Assembly: GCA_000146465.1 (NCBI GenBank)
Contig: CP001942.1
DNA: 64,000 nt
Reading direction: 5' to 3' (one strand)
Shown here: positions 9,541-18,654 of the stretch, piece after piece
Position numbering within the stretch: the stretch's first letter is position 1
How the letters are laid out: each line of letters opens with the position of its first letter
Program-made: the position numbers and the translations under genes
The notes under the pieces: generated by a model
Databases searched by the model: none
The model's input: only the letters and a program-made list of their open reading frames with translations
Told to the model about the DNA's origin: nothing

Positions 9541-11154
9541 TCACAAAATTGATCCAGGATCACTGTAGGGAGGGGATCCGACATTTGCAGATTCCCGGCT
9601 GTCTTCCTCGGAATATGGGCCATTGCTTTCTAGGCCCTCCATTACTCTGAACTGGTCCAAAGACGTATAGACCTTGTCTACTCTTGGATGACTGTTGAAT
9701 ACGTCAGGTGATATTTCACTAAACTCTTCTCTTTCCTCGTTGTCTTCCGCATCATAACTTGTCTCTAAATTTGAGACTCCCGATACCTCACTACCAAATA
9801 CCGTATGTTCTTCCTGATGGCATTCAAAACACAAGGGACATTTGTTGTCTCCTTCCTGAGACGATGATACCACAGTCTTTTGAGAACTGCCAGAATCATA
9901 TCCGTTGTCAGTCCCATAAAAAGAAAGACTCAGACTTGACAAGAAGTTTCTTGCATCAAACTCGTCTTTCTGGGAATCACCCTTCTCTATGGGAAGGAAA
10001 AAGGCCTCCGATACTTCATCATTTCTTTCCCCCTCTTGCGGCATGTTTTCCGCCCTTTCTTTAGGTTCTTCTCTCTTTCCAGCTTCTTCCTTCTCCCTTT
10101 CCTTTTTCCTAGCCCCATTACTCCTCACCAGGGAAAGACTACCTTCAAAGTCAAAATTATCGTCGTTCTCATGCTCGAGAATGCTTAAAATACTCTTGGA
10201 TTTCTTACTTTCTTCTTTGTCTACCCGTCTTTGTCTGTCTATAGGGACCTCATAGGTAAGGCTCTCAGGAAGTATCACAGGAATCTCATTCGCATCCTCC
10301 ATATCCAAGAAAGGAATATCCAAGGCCTGGGAATCTCTAACTATCCCCGAAGAGACCCTTTCCGAAAGTCCTTTCTTCTTGTCCGAACTCATGAAGTCAT
10401 ATGAAGGCGTTTTTTCTTGAGCATCCCAAACATAGGTGCTCGACACAGACTCAGAAAATATTTCGTTCCCACTAACAACATCTCTTAGCCTACTGCTGAT
10501 GATATCCTTTCCACGGAGCTTCCTTCTAAGCCTCTTAACATCATTCTTGGTTATTTCACTATTGAACTCAACCATGCTTCTCCTTGGATTGAAAGGCACC
10601 TTATACAGCTCTCCTATCCCCACCTGGCATCCCAATAATATGTCCATCCCTACCTGAAGATAAACTACTCTCACATATTCAAGGTCGTTATTGTAAACAA
10701 ACAATGGAACCGTTCGTCTTCTATTCAATTCAAGAAACCTCAGCAGGTCATCTTCATCCTTTGAATATATGTTTTCTATTCCGAGAATATAGTCTCCAAC
10801 CACCATCCCTGCTTTCTCTGCTGGAGAGCCTGAATTCACTCTCAAAACCTCCATGGAAAGAAGACTGGCAATATTCTGATGGAACTTCACGCTGATTCCA
10901 AGTCTTGTTTTATCCTTCTTCGGTATCTCAAGAACAGATGTCTCCATGGTTCTCATGTCTATCAACTCCAGCTGAAGAGCTTTGCGCTCCCACTCCTTGT
11001 TCATAATCAGTGCGTCGTCCTTGCTTTCAATTGCCTTTCCATTGAAGCCAACTATTGAGTGTATGAACGGAAGAATGCCATTCTTGTGCGATACACTGCC
11101 TTCCGAAACCTTTAGTATTTGCAGCGACTTAATTGTTGATAAACACGATCCCAT
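9541..11154 (-). CDS. Golgi reassembly-stacking protein (GRASP55/65 homologue) with N-myristoylation motif and long acidic Ser-rich C-terminal tail
   Basis: MGSCLST N-terminus (G2, S6). Two GRASP-type PDZ domains: LGISVKF, LRVNSGSPAEKAGMVVGDYILG, GCQVGIGELYKVP (compare GRASP65 [43 protein letters not shown]). Confidence 0.7.
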   Translation of the reverse strand: MGSCLSTIKSLQILKVSEGSVSHKNGILPFIHSIVGFNGKAIESKDDALIMNKEWERKALQLELIDMRTMETSVLEIPKKDKTRLGISVKFHQNIASLLSMEVLRVNSGSPAEKAGMVVGDYILGIENIYSKDEDDLLRFLELNRRRTVPLFVYNNDLEYVRVVYLQVGMDILLGCQVGIGELYKVPFNPRRSMVEFNSEITKNDVKRLRRKLRGKDIISSRLRDVVSGNEIFSESVSSTYVWDAQEKTPSYDFMSSDKKKGLSERVSSGIVRDSQALDIPFLDMEDANEIPVILPESLTYEVPIDRQRRVDKEESKKSKSILSILEHENDDNFDFEGSLSLVRSNGARKKEREKEEAGKREEPKERAENMPQEGERNDEVSEAFFLPIEKGDSQKDEFDARNFLSSLSLSFYGTDNGYDSGSSQKTVVSSSQEGDNKCPLCFECHQEEHTVFGSEVSGVSNLETSYDAEDNEEREEFSEISPDVFNSHPRVDKVYTSLDQFRVMEGLESNGPYSEEDSRESANVGSPPYSDPGSIL

Positions 11155-11368
11155 TTTCTTCGCAAATTACATTTTTTATTTATTCGTCTGTTGGAAAGAA
11201 GCCGCCAAATGATTGACCCCCTCTTCTCATTTGTCTACCATCCCCTGACAATGCTAGCTTGAAAAGCCAGAGAGTTTTCTGTTGAAACGGCTGGAAGGTG
11301 ATTCTAGAATGATGTAAATGTGATAATGTTTCTTACTTAATTTTTTTTCATACACACCCGTCTAACAA

Positions 11369-11674
11369 ATGGAGGAAGAAAGCGACATAGAAAGGTTTCA
11401 TCGCATGCAACAATCGTATCTAGGAAATCAGGAAAAAGCAGTTTCAAGTGTGTATGTCAAGAATCTAGACGCTTCTGTCTCCAACTCGGACATCGCTGCC
11501 CACTTCAGATCCTGTGGAAACATATCTGGAATAAATGTTATTAGCACAAAAAACTCTAAGAAGTACGCCATAATTGATTTCTCTTCCGAGAAATCTGTTG
11601 AAATGTCCCTGCTATTTAATGGATCTGTTCTGAAAGGAAAAAAGATAATTGTCCAAAGAAAGAGAGATCGATAA
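11369..11674 (+). CDS. Single-RRM RNA-binding protein, nuclear poly(A)-binding protein PABPN1/Pab2-like
   Basis: SVYVKNLDASVSNSDIAAHFRSCGNISGINVI...KKYAIIDFSSEKSVEMSLLFNGSVLKGKKIIVQRKR parallels PABPN1 [63 protein letters not shown]. Confidence 0.55.
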   Translation: MEEESDIERFHRMQQSYLGNQEKAVSSVYVKNLDASVSNSDIAAHFRSCGNISGINVISTKNSKKYAIIDFSSEKSVEMSLLFNGSVLKGKKIIVQRKRDR

Positions 11675-11696
11675 AAGAAATCTGTTTATTCGTTTT

Positions 11697-11996
11697 TTAC
11701 ATCTTTGTCTTTCTCCGCTTAATTCTTCCTTCTCCTTGCTCCTTGATTTTGTTTCTTGGCCTGTCATCAATGAGCAGCGGCTTGAAGTCAATGTCGTCTC
11801 TGAACATGATGTATCGGATAGAGCTCCCTCTTACAGTGTATGTGCTTACAGGTAGCTCATCAACTATAGCATCTACCATTTCCACATTCATTGTTTTATC
11901 TATAGAAACCATCTTGCCCTCTACCTTCCTACCTTCTTTTGTTTCAATTCTAACTTTCTCGTTTTTGCATTTCCTTAGAAACCGTATGAGCTTCAT
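11697..11996 (-). CDS. SMD1: Small nuclear ribonucleoprotein Sm D1
   Basis: MKLIRFLRKCKNEKVRIETKEG...IRYIMFRDDIDFKPLLID matches SmD1 [22 protein letters not shown]...IRYFILPDSLPLDTLLVD. Basic C-terminal tail. Confidence 0.8.
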   Translation of the reverse strand: MKLIRFLRKCKNEKVRIETKEGRKVEGKMVSIDKTMNVEMVDAIVDELPVSTYTVRGSSIRYIMFRDDIDFKPLLIDDRPRNKIKEQGEGRIKRRKTKM

Positions 11997-12097
11997 TTCG
12001 TGGGTAGTCTGCCATACCGAGTCATTACTCCCAAAACCCAGAAATCGATTAATGTTCTTTCAGTATCCGGATTAAATTTTTTAGCTTTCCACCCATA

Positions 12098-12952
12098 ATG
12101 AAGGAACTTATCGATGTTTTGTACTACGACCACATTCTGTACAAACTAGCGAACCTGTACACATTAGAAGACACTAGCAATGAAATAGCTCAGTACCAAA
12201 AGATTGCACAGAAGCTTCTGGTGAAGCTCCGCTCAGACAAGGTGGTTTTTGATGCTGAAATAGGACTGAAATTTGCATATATAAAGCTTTTCGATCTTCA
12301 CTTGTCCTTTCCAAAGTGCACAGGCAGACTCCATGTTTCTTGTTGCCAGAAGCACTACTGGCAATTTCTTAGTACCTCCTTCGACTACCTTACAAAAATA
12401 ATGGCAGAATATTCTTCTCTGAAGGAATGTAATACATTCAACCGCCTTCTCTACAGTGTAGTGGAAATGGCTTTTGCCAGCTCTCCTACGTTGGATCAGT
12501 TTGAAGCCCTAAATAGAGACGAGGGCTCTAGCCCGATGAAGCCGTATCTTACTCAGCGTGGAATTAAGGCCGAAACCGAGGAGGACTTTAGTTCCGAGAA
12601 GGAGAAGCTTCTTAAGACCCTTAAAATCAAGCCCAAGGACGAGAACGATCTTTTCAACAAGACATTTCAATGCATAATGGACGAGCTCAAGAAGACATTT
12701 CTGTCCTTCGATGTTCCCCTTCTCGAGTTCTTTGCCACTAGCGAAGTGATCCAACTAAAAGAGCTTTATCCCAATGCATTTGAAGGCTTCGAAGGTATCC
12801 CTGTATCGTCAAAGAGTTACAAGGAGGAAATATTGAAGGAGTACCTAGATTTAAGGAATTCTCTCAGCAAGACTAGAAGTGCATTCATAAATCCCAAAAA
12901 CAAAGGGGAAAAAGTAGTCTGGGGATCCGATGCAAATCCCTCCGAGAGGTAA
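12098..12952 (+). CDS. Hypothetical protein
   Basis: 284-aa ORF. No recognisable domain. Confidence 0.5.
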   Translation: MKELIDVLYYDHILYKLANLYTLEDTSNEIAQYQKIAQKLLVKLRSDKVVFDAEIGLKFAYIKLFDLHLSFPKCTGRLHVSCCQKHYWQFLSTSFDYLTKIMAEYSSLKECNTFNRLLYSVVEMAFASSPTLDQFEALNRDEGSSPMKPYLTQRGIKAETEEDFSSEKEKLLKTLKIKPKDENDLFNKTFQCIMDELKKTFLSFDVPLLEFFATSEVIQLKELYPNAFEGFEGIPVSSKSYKEEILKEYLDLRNSLSKTRSAFINPKNKGEKVVWGSDANPSER

Positions 12953-13266
12953 ACATCCATTCTCATTTATTGTAGAAAGAATGTGATTATTCCTAAAAGG
13001 AATTATTGTTTAAGTTATTCTCTAAAATTCATTAGTAAACCTGATACTATCTTTTTCCTTTGTATTTCCGTCTCAAACTTTCATTTCCTAATGACTGAAG
13101 ACATTTCAAATTAATGTCACTCACTTGTAACTCCCGAGCCCAGGCTTATTTCTCCATTTGTTTGTATTAGAAAGCTTTTTAATCTCCAGGCATGTCAATA
13201 AAATTAAATTAAGGATTTGTTTACATCAATCCAAAAGCTTAAATTCTTTCAGGAACTTACCCCTTA

Positions 13267-13488
13267 ATGAAAGGAATACAGAAAGTTTTCTCTCTCATGT
13301 TTTTGATCTTCGGTCTTGTGTACGCAGCAGAGGAAACCAACAAGTCGTCTAATAACGGAAATGGCGGTTCCTCTTCAGACTCTCAGAAAGAGGAGAGTAA
13401 GGAAAAGAGCACTGAAAGCTCATCCCTAAAGTTGGGAACAAGTCTGCTTGGACTTGCATCCATCCTTGCCATCTGCCTGGCCAAATAA
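13267..13488 (+). CDS. Candidate GPI-anchored Ser-rich surface peptide (73 aa)
   Basis: N-terminal signal MKGIQKVFSLMFLIFGLVYA. Central Ser/Asn/Gly-rich acidic spacer. C-terminal small-residue omega region (GTS) followed by the hydrophobic tail LLGLASILAICLAK. Confidence 0.45.
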   Translation: MKGIQKVFSLMFLIFGLVYAAEETNKSSNNGNGGSSSDSQKEESKEKSTESSSLKLGTSLLGLASILAICLAK

Positions 13489-13559
13489 ACCTTGCTTTTG
13501 GACGTGTAATTTATTTATTTTTTAAATATACAGAGCATATAAAAATACACCTTTATTTT

Positions 13560-15407
13560 TTAAAACCTTGCTCCTATCCTCATCTCCAGCTTGGATATTG
13601 CTTCATCCTTCCTTCTAAGTTTGTCGGCCATTGCTGAATAAAGGCTTTTTATTCTTTCTTCGTTCTTACGGCACTCGTTGAATCTTTTTTCCAGCATCAT
13701 GTTGCTTGCCTTAAGAGCCTTATTCTCCTTTCCTTTCTTCTCGAGGTATTCCTTGCAGACCTCTAGATCTTTTCTAGCAATGCTGAACTCCTTGGTGAAG
13801 TCTTCCAGGAACTTCATTGTTCTTCTGTGCATCACATCTTTGTTGTTCTCGGCAAAACCCATGGCCTCGTTGGTCTCCTTGTCCATCACACGGATCTTCC
13901 TAACCAGATCCTTGTATGAGATCTTGAACCTTCTTACCATCTCGTCAACCGGAACCACTGCGTTGATTCCAAGAGTTTTCAGAAACTTTCTACTGTCTTC
14001 TGTAACTGCAACAATCTTTCTATACTCCTCCTCTTTGCTTTTGAGCTCTTTGAGTTCAAGTCGTAATGTATTTATCTCTTCTTCTGCTTTGTCTTCTAGT
14101 CCTTTCTCTCCAAGAATCTTTCTTGCCAAGCTTATCTTGGAATCTATGCTACGAGCCATTCCTTCAATCTCACCCAATTTTTTGTCACATTCCCGCCCTT
14201 TTTCTTGCAAAAGGTCCTTCAGAAACATCTCAAGCTCTCGAGATCTCTCCAGATCCGAGGTAAAGCCCAAGCATCTTTTCCGAAGTTCCTCTACCTCCTC
14301 TAAGACCACTGCTTTTTCTTTTTTTTCTTTCTCCAGCTCTGCCTTAATCTTGTAGACTTCCAAGCCTCCATATCCATCCTGGGACACTTTATATGACAGC
14401 GCCCTTTTCTCATTCTCACAAACCTCAAGTCTTTTCTTTAGCTCTCCTCGAGTGGCTTTCAAGTTCTCAACTTCTCTTTTTAGTTCTTCGTTCTTTAGTG
14501 CTAATTCTTGTTTGTCTCTGGTTTCTCGCATATAGTTCTCTCCCATCTCCTTCAGGTACAATTCATTCGACTGTCTTTGCCTGTAAATTTCCTCATATTC
14601 CTTTTCCATACTTTTGTAGTGCTCTCGAATCTGGCTTATCTCTGCTTCTTTGAGATTCATCTTTTCTTCAAAAGACCTCACAATACTTTGAAGTTGAGAA
14701 ATCTTGTTGTTGTATTCATTTCTTTCTCGATCTCGTTCATACATTATCTGGTCTTTTTCTTTATTGCTATTCAGAAGAGCATTCTTGTAGGACATCAGTT
14801 CCTTTTCAATTTGGACCCTTTCTTCCTTTTCATATGCCATCTTTTCAATCAAGTTCTTCTGCTCATCAATCGCACTCTTACTTCTGTTGAAACACTCTCC
14901 CAGCATCCCATTCTCCTCTCTCAGCTTGGTATTGATTCCATTGACACTCTCTAGATGCTTGAGAAGCCTGTTGTTTTCCTCTTCAAGCATCGATATCCTA
15001 TTAAGATGTTCCTGCAAACCATTCTTCAGCCGGTCCTCCGCATCCTCTTTCTCCATCCTCATCTTCTTGATCATTTCGTCCATTCCCTCAATTCTTTTGC
15101 TGAGCTCCTCGTTCTCTCCCTCAAGAATGTCTATCGATCTCTTACTATCAAGAAGAAGCTTCTGAATGTCTTCCTGGATGTTGACCCCCGAACTTGCTTT
15201 ATAATGAGAAAGTTGATGCTTGATCTCAAAGTTTTCGTTTCGAAGCTCCTCGATCTCCCTCTCATAATCCTTAACTGTCTTAATCCTCTGCAAAGGATTG
15301 AACTGAAGCGAAAATGAGTGTTCTTCCATCACACAGTAAGGGTTACCACCCTCAACAAAAATCCTGGGAATTCCAAAAGAGGAGAGACCGTCCTTTACAA
15401 ATATCAC
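13560..15407 (-). CDS. Long coiled-coil protein (615 aa), function unknown
   Basis: Continuous heptad-rich E/K/L composition over about 500 residues. The many antisense ORFs in this interval are low-complexity artefacts of this gene. Confidence 0.6.
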   Translation of the reverse strand: MIFVKDGLSSFGIPRIFVEGGNPYCVMEEHSFSLQFNPLQRIKTVKDYEREIEELRNENFEIKHQLSHYKASSGVNIQEDIQKLLLDSKRSIDILEGENEELSKRIEGMDEMIKKMRMEKEDAEDRLKNGLQEHLNRISMLEEENNRLLKHLESVNGINTKLREENGMLGECFNRSKSAIDEQKNLIEKMAYEKEERVQIEKELMSYKNALLNSNKEKDQIMYERDRERNEYNNKISQLQSIVRSFEEKMNLKEAEISQIREHYKSMEKEYEEIYRQRQSNELYLKEMGENYMRETRDKQELALKNEELKREVENLKATRGELKKRLEVCENEKRALSYKVSQDGYGGLEVYKIKAELEKEKKEKAVVLEEVEELRKRCLGFTSDLERSRELEMFLKDLLQEKGRECDKKLGEIEGMARSIDSKISLARKILGEKGLEDKAEEEINTLRLELKELKSKEEEYRKIVAVTEDSRKFLKTLGINAVVPVDEMVRRFKISYKDLVRKIRVMDKETNEAMGFAENNKDVMHRRTMKFLEDFTKEFSIARKDLEVCKEYLEKKGKENKALKASNMMLEKRFNECRKNEERIKSLYSAMADKLRRKDEAISKLEMRIGARF

Positions 15408-15461
15408 TACCTAGTGGATTGGCTGTGATTTCAATTTCCTCCAAGTTACCCCACCATACTG

Positions 15462-16367
15462 ATGGGAAACCGCCATTCTCAGATAAAGAAATCTCCTTAC
15501 GAGATTTTGGATCTATCCCCAATATCCACAAAGAGAGAGATCAAGGACCGCTACAAAACCCTTATTCTCGAGGTTCATCCAGATGTGCAAAAGGTTCATT
15601 CTTCTCAAGCATCCAAGGAGGCGGTTGAAATAATGGAAGCATACAGATCTATTATGAAGTCCCCTCCGAGGTTTGAGTTCTACAATGAGGAACTTTTTAG
15701 GAAAGACCTCAGAAAATACGCCGAGGATTTCTTTGAAAGAGTGAGTGACTACTGTGGAATACCAAGTGCTCCGAAGTTCGGTGATCCAGACTTTGAAAGA
15801 TTCTACCAGGTATTTAGCAACTTTCGAACACAAAAAACATTTGAGACCGAAGAGGAGAAAAGCGAGTTCTGCAGAAATGTTAGGAGAATAGCGAGGGTCG
15901 TCAGGAGTCTGGATAAGAGAGCGAATGTCGAGAGTCTCTCTATTGAGGTCTATCAACCCTCTCCTAAAGCAAAGGAAAAGAAGATAAAGACCTATCCGTT
16001 CAGCTGTAGTCATTGTGATAAAGGATTCCATTCTCGGAACCAGGTTATAAACCATTTTCGAAGTAAAAAGCATTTTGAAAAGGTGAGCCTGGTTTCCGAA
16101 ACACCCAAGGAATATGTAGAAAATCAAATACAAGAAATTGCAGAGGAAGACTTCTCCGAACCAGTCTGTGAGCCCTGTGTAGACCAAATTCCAGAGAATG
16201 CCGAAAGACACTGCGCTGAGGAGCAGGAAACTCCCAAAAAGCCCACGGGAAGGCAAGAACCTGTTCCCTTTAGAACATGTGCAGAATGTAAAATTGTGTT
16301 CGGAGGGAGGGCCGAGTTGCTCATGCATCTAAAAACTGCACACAAGAATCCTGAGAATAGAATTTAA
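15462..16367 (+). CDS. J-domain protein with two C2H2 zinc fingers (Jjj1/DNAJC21-like), with N-myristoylation-type MGNRHS start
   Basis: J domain with HPD (YKTLILEVHPDV). Two fingers: FSCSHCDKGFHSRNQVINHFRSKKH and FRTCAECKIVFGGRAELLMHLKTAH. Confidence 0.65.
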   Translation: MGNRHSQIKKSPYEILDLSPISTKREIKDRYKTLILEVHPDVQKVHSSQASKEAVEIMEAYRSIMKSPPRFEFYNEELFRKDLRKYAEDFFERVSDYCGIPSAPKFGDPDFERFYQVFSNFRTQKTFETEEEKSEFCRNVRRIARVVRSLDKRANVESLSIEVYQPSPKAKEKKIKTYPFSCSHCDKGFHSRNQVINHFRSKKHFEKVSLVSETPKEYVENQIQEIAEEDFSEPVCEPCVDQIPENAERHCAEEQETPKKPTGRQEPVPFRTCAECKIVFGGRAELLMHLKTAHKNPENRI

Positions 16368-16393
16368 TATTAAAATAAATATGCTATGAAAAA

Positions 16394-17005
16394 CTAGTAG
16401 TCCCATCTGTAAAACAATCCATCTTTCATCTTTACAGCTCCTACAAACACCAAGCTCTTCAAGTGTCTATCGAAGTCTTCATTCAAAGCTTCCTCCGTAT
16501 CTGTCCCACGTCCTATTGCATCGGCAGCTAGTCTTTTCAGTTCTTCATAGTTGAATTTCTTGGTAAGCAGTTTGTAGATGATGGTGCTTGGATTTTCTTT
16601 GGATAAATACAACTCCGGGCTGAGTAAGGAAGATCTTATAGAAGCAAACACATCCGGCATAAATGAAAGCTCTACACCCCTGTTGCTGTATTCTCCCGCC
16701 AGCCTCCTCTCTATGTCTTTATAGTTCTCGATTCTTTCGCTCTTTTCTTCATCCGAACACATCACAAACTCAAATCTGTAGTGCTTGAACATTCTCATCT
16801 TGTAGAAGAAAAACTCAAAATTCACCACATAAAACAAGATCTCTTTTCCAAGTAGAAAAAGCTCTTTGAAGGCCTTCAGCGTAACATCTCCACTGGTAAA
16901 TTTCAAGACATACTTCTTTTCCGGACATATCACATAGGTTCTCTGCAGATCAGAAATAACCTCTGCATCGGGAACATTCACTGTTGAAACTATCTTTATG
17001 ATCAT
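16394..17005 (-). CDS. Hypothetical protein
   Basis: 203-aa ORF. No recognisable motif. Confidence 0.5.
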   Translation of the reverse strand: MIIKIVSTVNVPDAEVISDLQRTYVICPEKKYVLKFTSGDVTLKAFKELFLLGKEILFYVVNFEFFFYKMRMFKHYRFEFVMCSDEEKSERIENYKDIERRLAGEYSNRGVELSFMPDVFASIRSSLLSPELYLSKENPSTIIYKLLTKKFNYEELKRLAADAIGRGTDTEEALNEDFDRHLKSLVFVGAVKMKDGLFYRWDY

Positions 17006-17122
17006 CTGAAGGGATTATCAAAGTAAAGGATAAGATCCAGAAATATACACAAAGCTTGAAGCAAGCCGGAATTTATTCCATACCATATCTTTGGAGACAC
17101 ATAACCTGTAGAAAAAAGATTC

Positions 17123-17635
17123 CTACTCCTCTAGTCGATTACATATCCAATTTATTCCTTTGTGGACACCTAGGAATGACCTTGACTCCTCGTAAAGAAT
17201 AAACTCGATCTTTCCATGGCTTATCTCGTCGCAGGTCCTCTTAAGCTCTTGCACAGACTCGTTTCCATAGATGTTCGACTTGCATAGTACAACAATAACA
17301 TCTTTTGTCTTTGTGGCATCTTCTCCAATAAGCGTAATACACTTCTCGACAGAGGTTTTGTTGTCTGCATCCACAGCAAAGACGACTGCAGCAGAAAGGC
17401 CCATGTGGATCCCTCTTATCTCATAAAGGTCTGCATTGTCATCCAATGACTGGAAAATGAGCTCCATTCCATTTGCAATGCATGTGTCTTCTGAAAATGG
17501 CCGGAGAGATTTGTCTTCCTTGTAGTTCGAGACAGAGTGCTTCAGAACATGTCTCTGGTCTTCCTCCAGCCCCAGAAGAGCAACAACATACTTCTTTCTT
17601 GTGGCTCCACAGCATAGGGAAAGGACCCAATCCAT
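17123..17635 (-). CDS. ARF/ARL-fold protein with degenerate nucleotide-binding motifs (putative pseudo-GTPase)
   Basis: Colinear with Arf1. The P-loop position reads ALLGLEEDQRHVL instead of GLDAAGKTTIL. DVGGQ is replaced by DDNAD and NKQD by CKSN. VVFAVDADNKT (compare IFVVDSNDRER) and the C-terminal GINWICNRL (compare GLDWLSNQL) are retained. Confidence 0.5.
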   Translation of the reverse strand: MDWVLSLCCGATRKKYVVALLGLEEDQRHVLKHSVSNYKEDKSLRPFSEDTCIANGMELIFQSLDDNADLYEIRGIHMGLSAAVVFAVDADNKTSVEKCITLIGEDATKTKDVIVVLCKSNIYGNESVQELKRTCDEISHGKIEFILYEESRSFLGVHKGINWICNRLEE

Positions 17636-17705
17636 TATTTTATGGGCAAAAAATTGACAACAAATACCTTCTTACCTACCAAAACTCTCCATTTAATAAA
17701 AGTAT

Positions 17706-18623
17706 TTATTGCTCCAGAAGATAACCCACTTCCTCTTTCAGAGTTCTACTCTTTTCTATAAGTATGGAAACCGCCTTCCTTAACAGGTACAGGGGATCCA
17801 GAAATACGCTGTTGATTGTAAAAAGAAAATGGTCCGACTTTCTTCCAATGAATACCTTGTCCTTAAACTCCTCATGCCTGAGTGCTTCCCTGCTCATGGT
17901 GTCCAGACGGGGATTACTTACATAAGCCTTCATTCTCCCATCGCTTTGCTTTACTTCTATGACTCCTTCTGAAAAGCATTTTTGAATCCTAAAGGCATCC
18001 TCATCAAAGAAGTCTCCTATCTCAATCAGCGGGAGAAGTCTGTACGTTGCAGGGCATACAGGACTCCATTTTGCATGTGTTTTTCCTGTATTCTTGGTGC
18101 AGACAACCTCGGCACTTATTTTCTGCCCATGGGCTAGCTTGAACATGAGTACTCTGCTGCTGAACTTGGCATTCTTTATCATTTCCCTCTGATTTCCTAA
18201 TGGAATCCATTTGATATCATCAGAGTACACATTCAGAACATCCTTATTTTCATTCTTAACATCAAGAGAAAACTTGAGGGAGTTCCTCTCGTTCATCTCC
18301 CCCTCCACAAACTCAAACATCTCGGGATCCACTTCCAGTGGAATTAGCCCTAGTCTATGTGCTATGAATTCATCCGGAAATACACTCTCGTTTTCCTTCA
18401 GAAAGACATCCTTGATGGCCATAGTCGGAACATCGTTGCAGAGTATGCGTCGAAGTGCATTGGCAAAGGAGCAGTCGACATTAATAAGATCAAACTCTAG
18501 CTTCTCCTTAGAGTACTCTGTTATCCTCAGCTCAACCTCCTCCACCATCTGCTCAAACGACTTTGTCTCTCCGCAATATAAGTCTGTGATTGTCTCCCTT
18601 CCCAACTTGTATATCTTCGACAT
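17706..18623 (-). CDS. RPC40: DNA-directed RNA polymerase I/III subunit AC40 (Rpc40)
   Basis: RpoA/Rpb3-like N-terminal dimerisation domain FDLINVDCSFANALRRILCNDVPTMAI. HAKWSPV motif. No Rpb3-type Cys cluster, so AC40 rather than Rpb3. Confidence 0.75.
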   Translation of the reverse strand: MSKIYKLGRETITDLYCGETKSFEQMVEEVELRITEYSKEKLEFDLINVDCSFANALRRILCNDVPTMAIKDVFLKENESVFPDEFIAHRLGLIPLEVDPEMFEFVEGEMNERNSLKFSLDVKNENKDVLNVYSDDIKWIPLGNQREMIKNAKFSSRVLMFKLAHGQKISAEVVCTKNTGKTHAKWSPVCPATYRLLPLIEIGDFFDEDAFRIQKCFSEGVIEVKQSDGRMKAYVSNPRLDTMSREALRHEEFKDKVFIGRKSDHFLFTINSVFLDPLYLLRKAVSILIEKSRTLKEEVGYLLEQ

Positions 18624-18654
18624 CCTTGCAGGGCAAATTTTTCCAAATCGTTAT

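Noticed and set aside
9759-10895. Several 60-100-aa plus-strand ORFs inside the GRASP gene, and many antisense ORFs inside the 13560..15407 coiled-coil gene
   Set aside because: They are Ser/Leu/Phe-rich low-complexity translations of the antisense strand of charged, repetitive coding sequence. They lack motifs and are shorter than the sense-strand genes.
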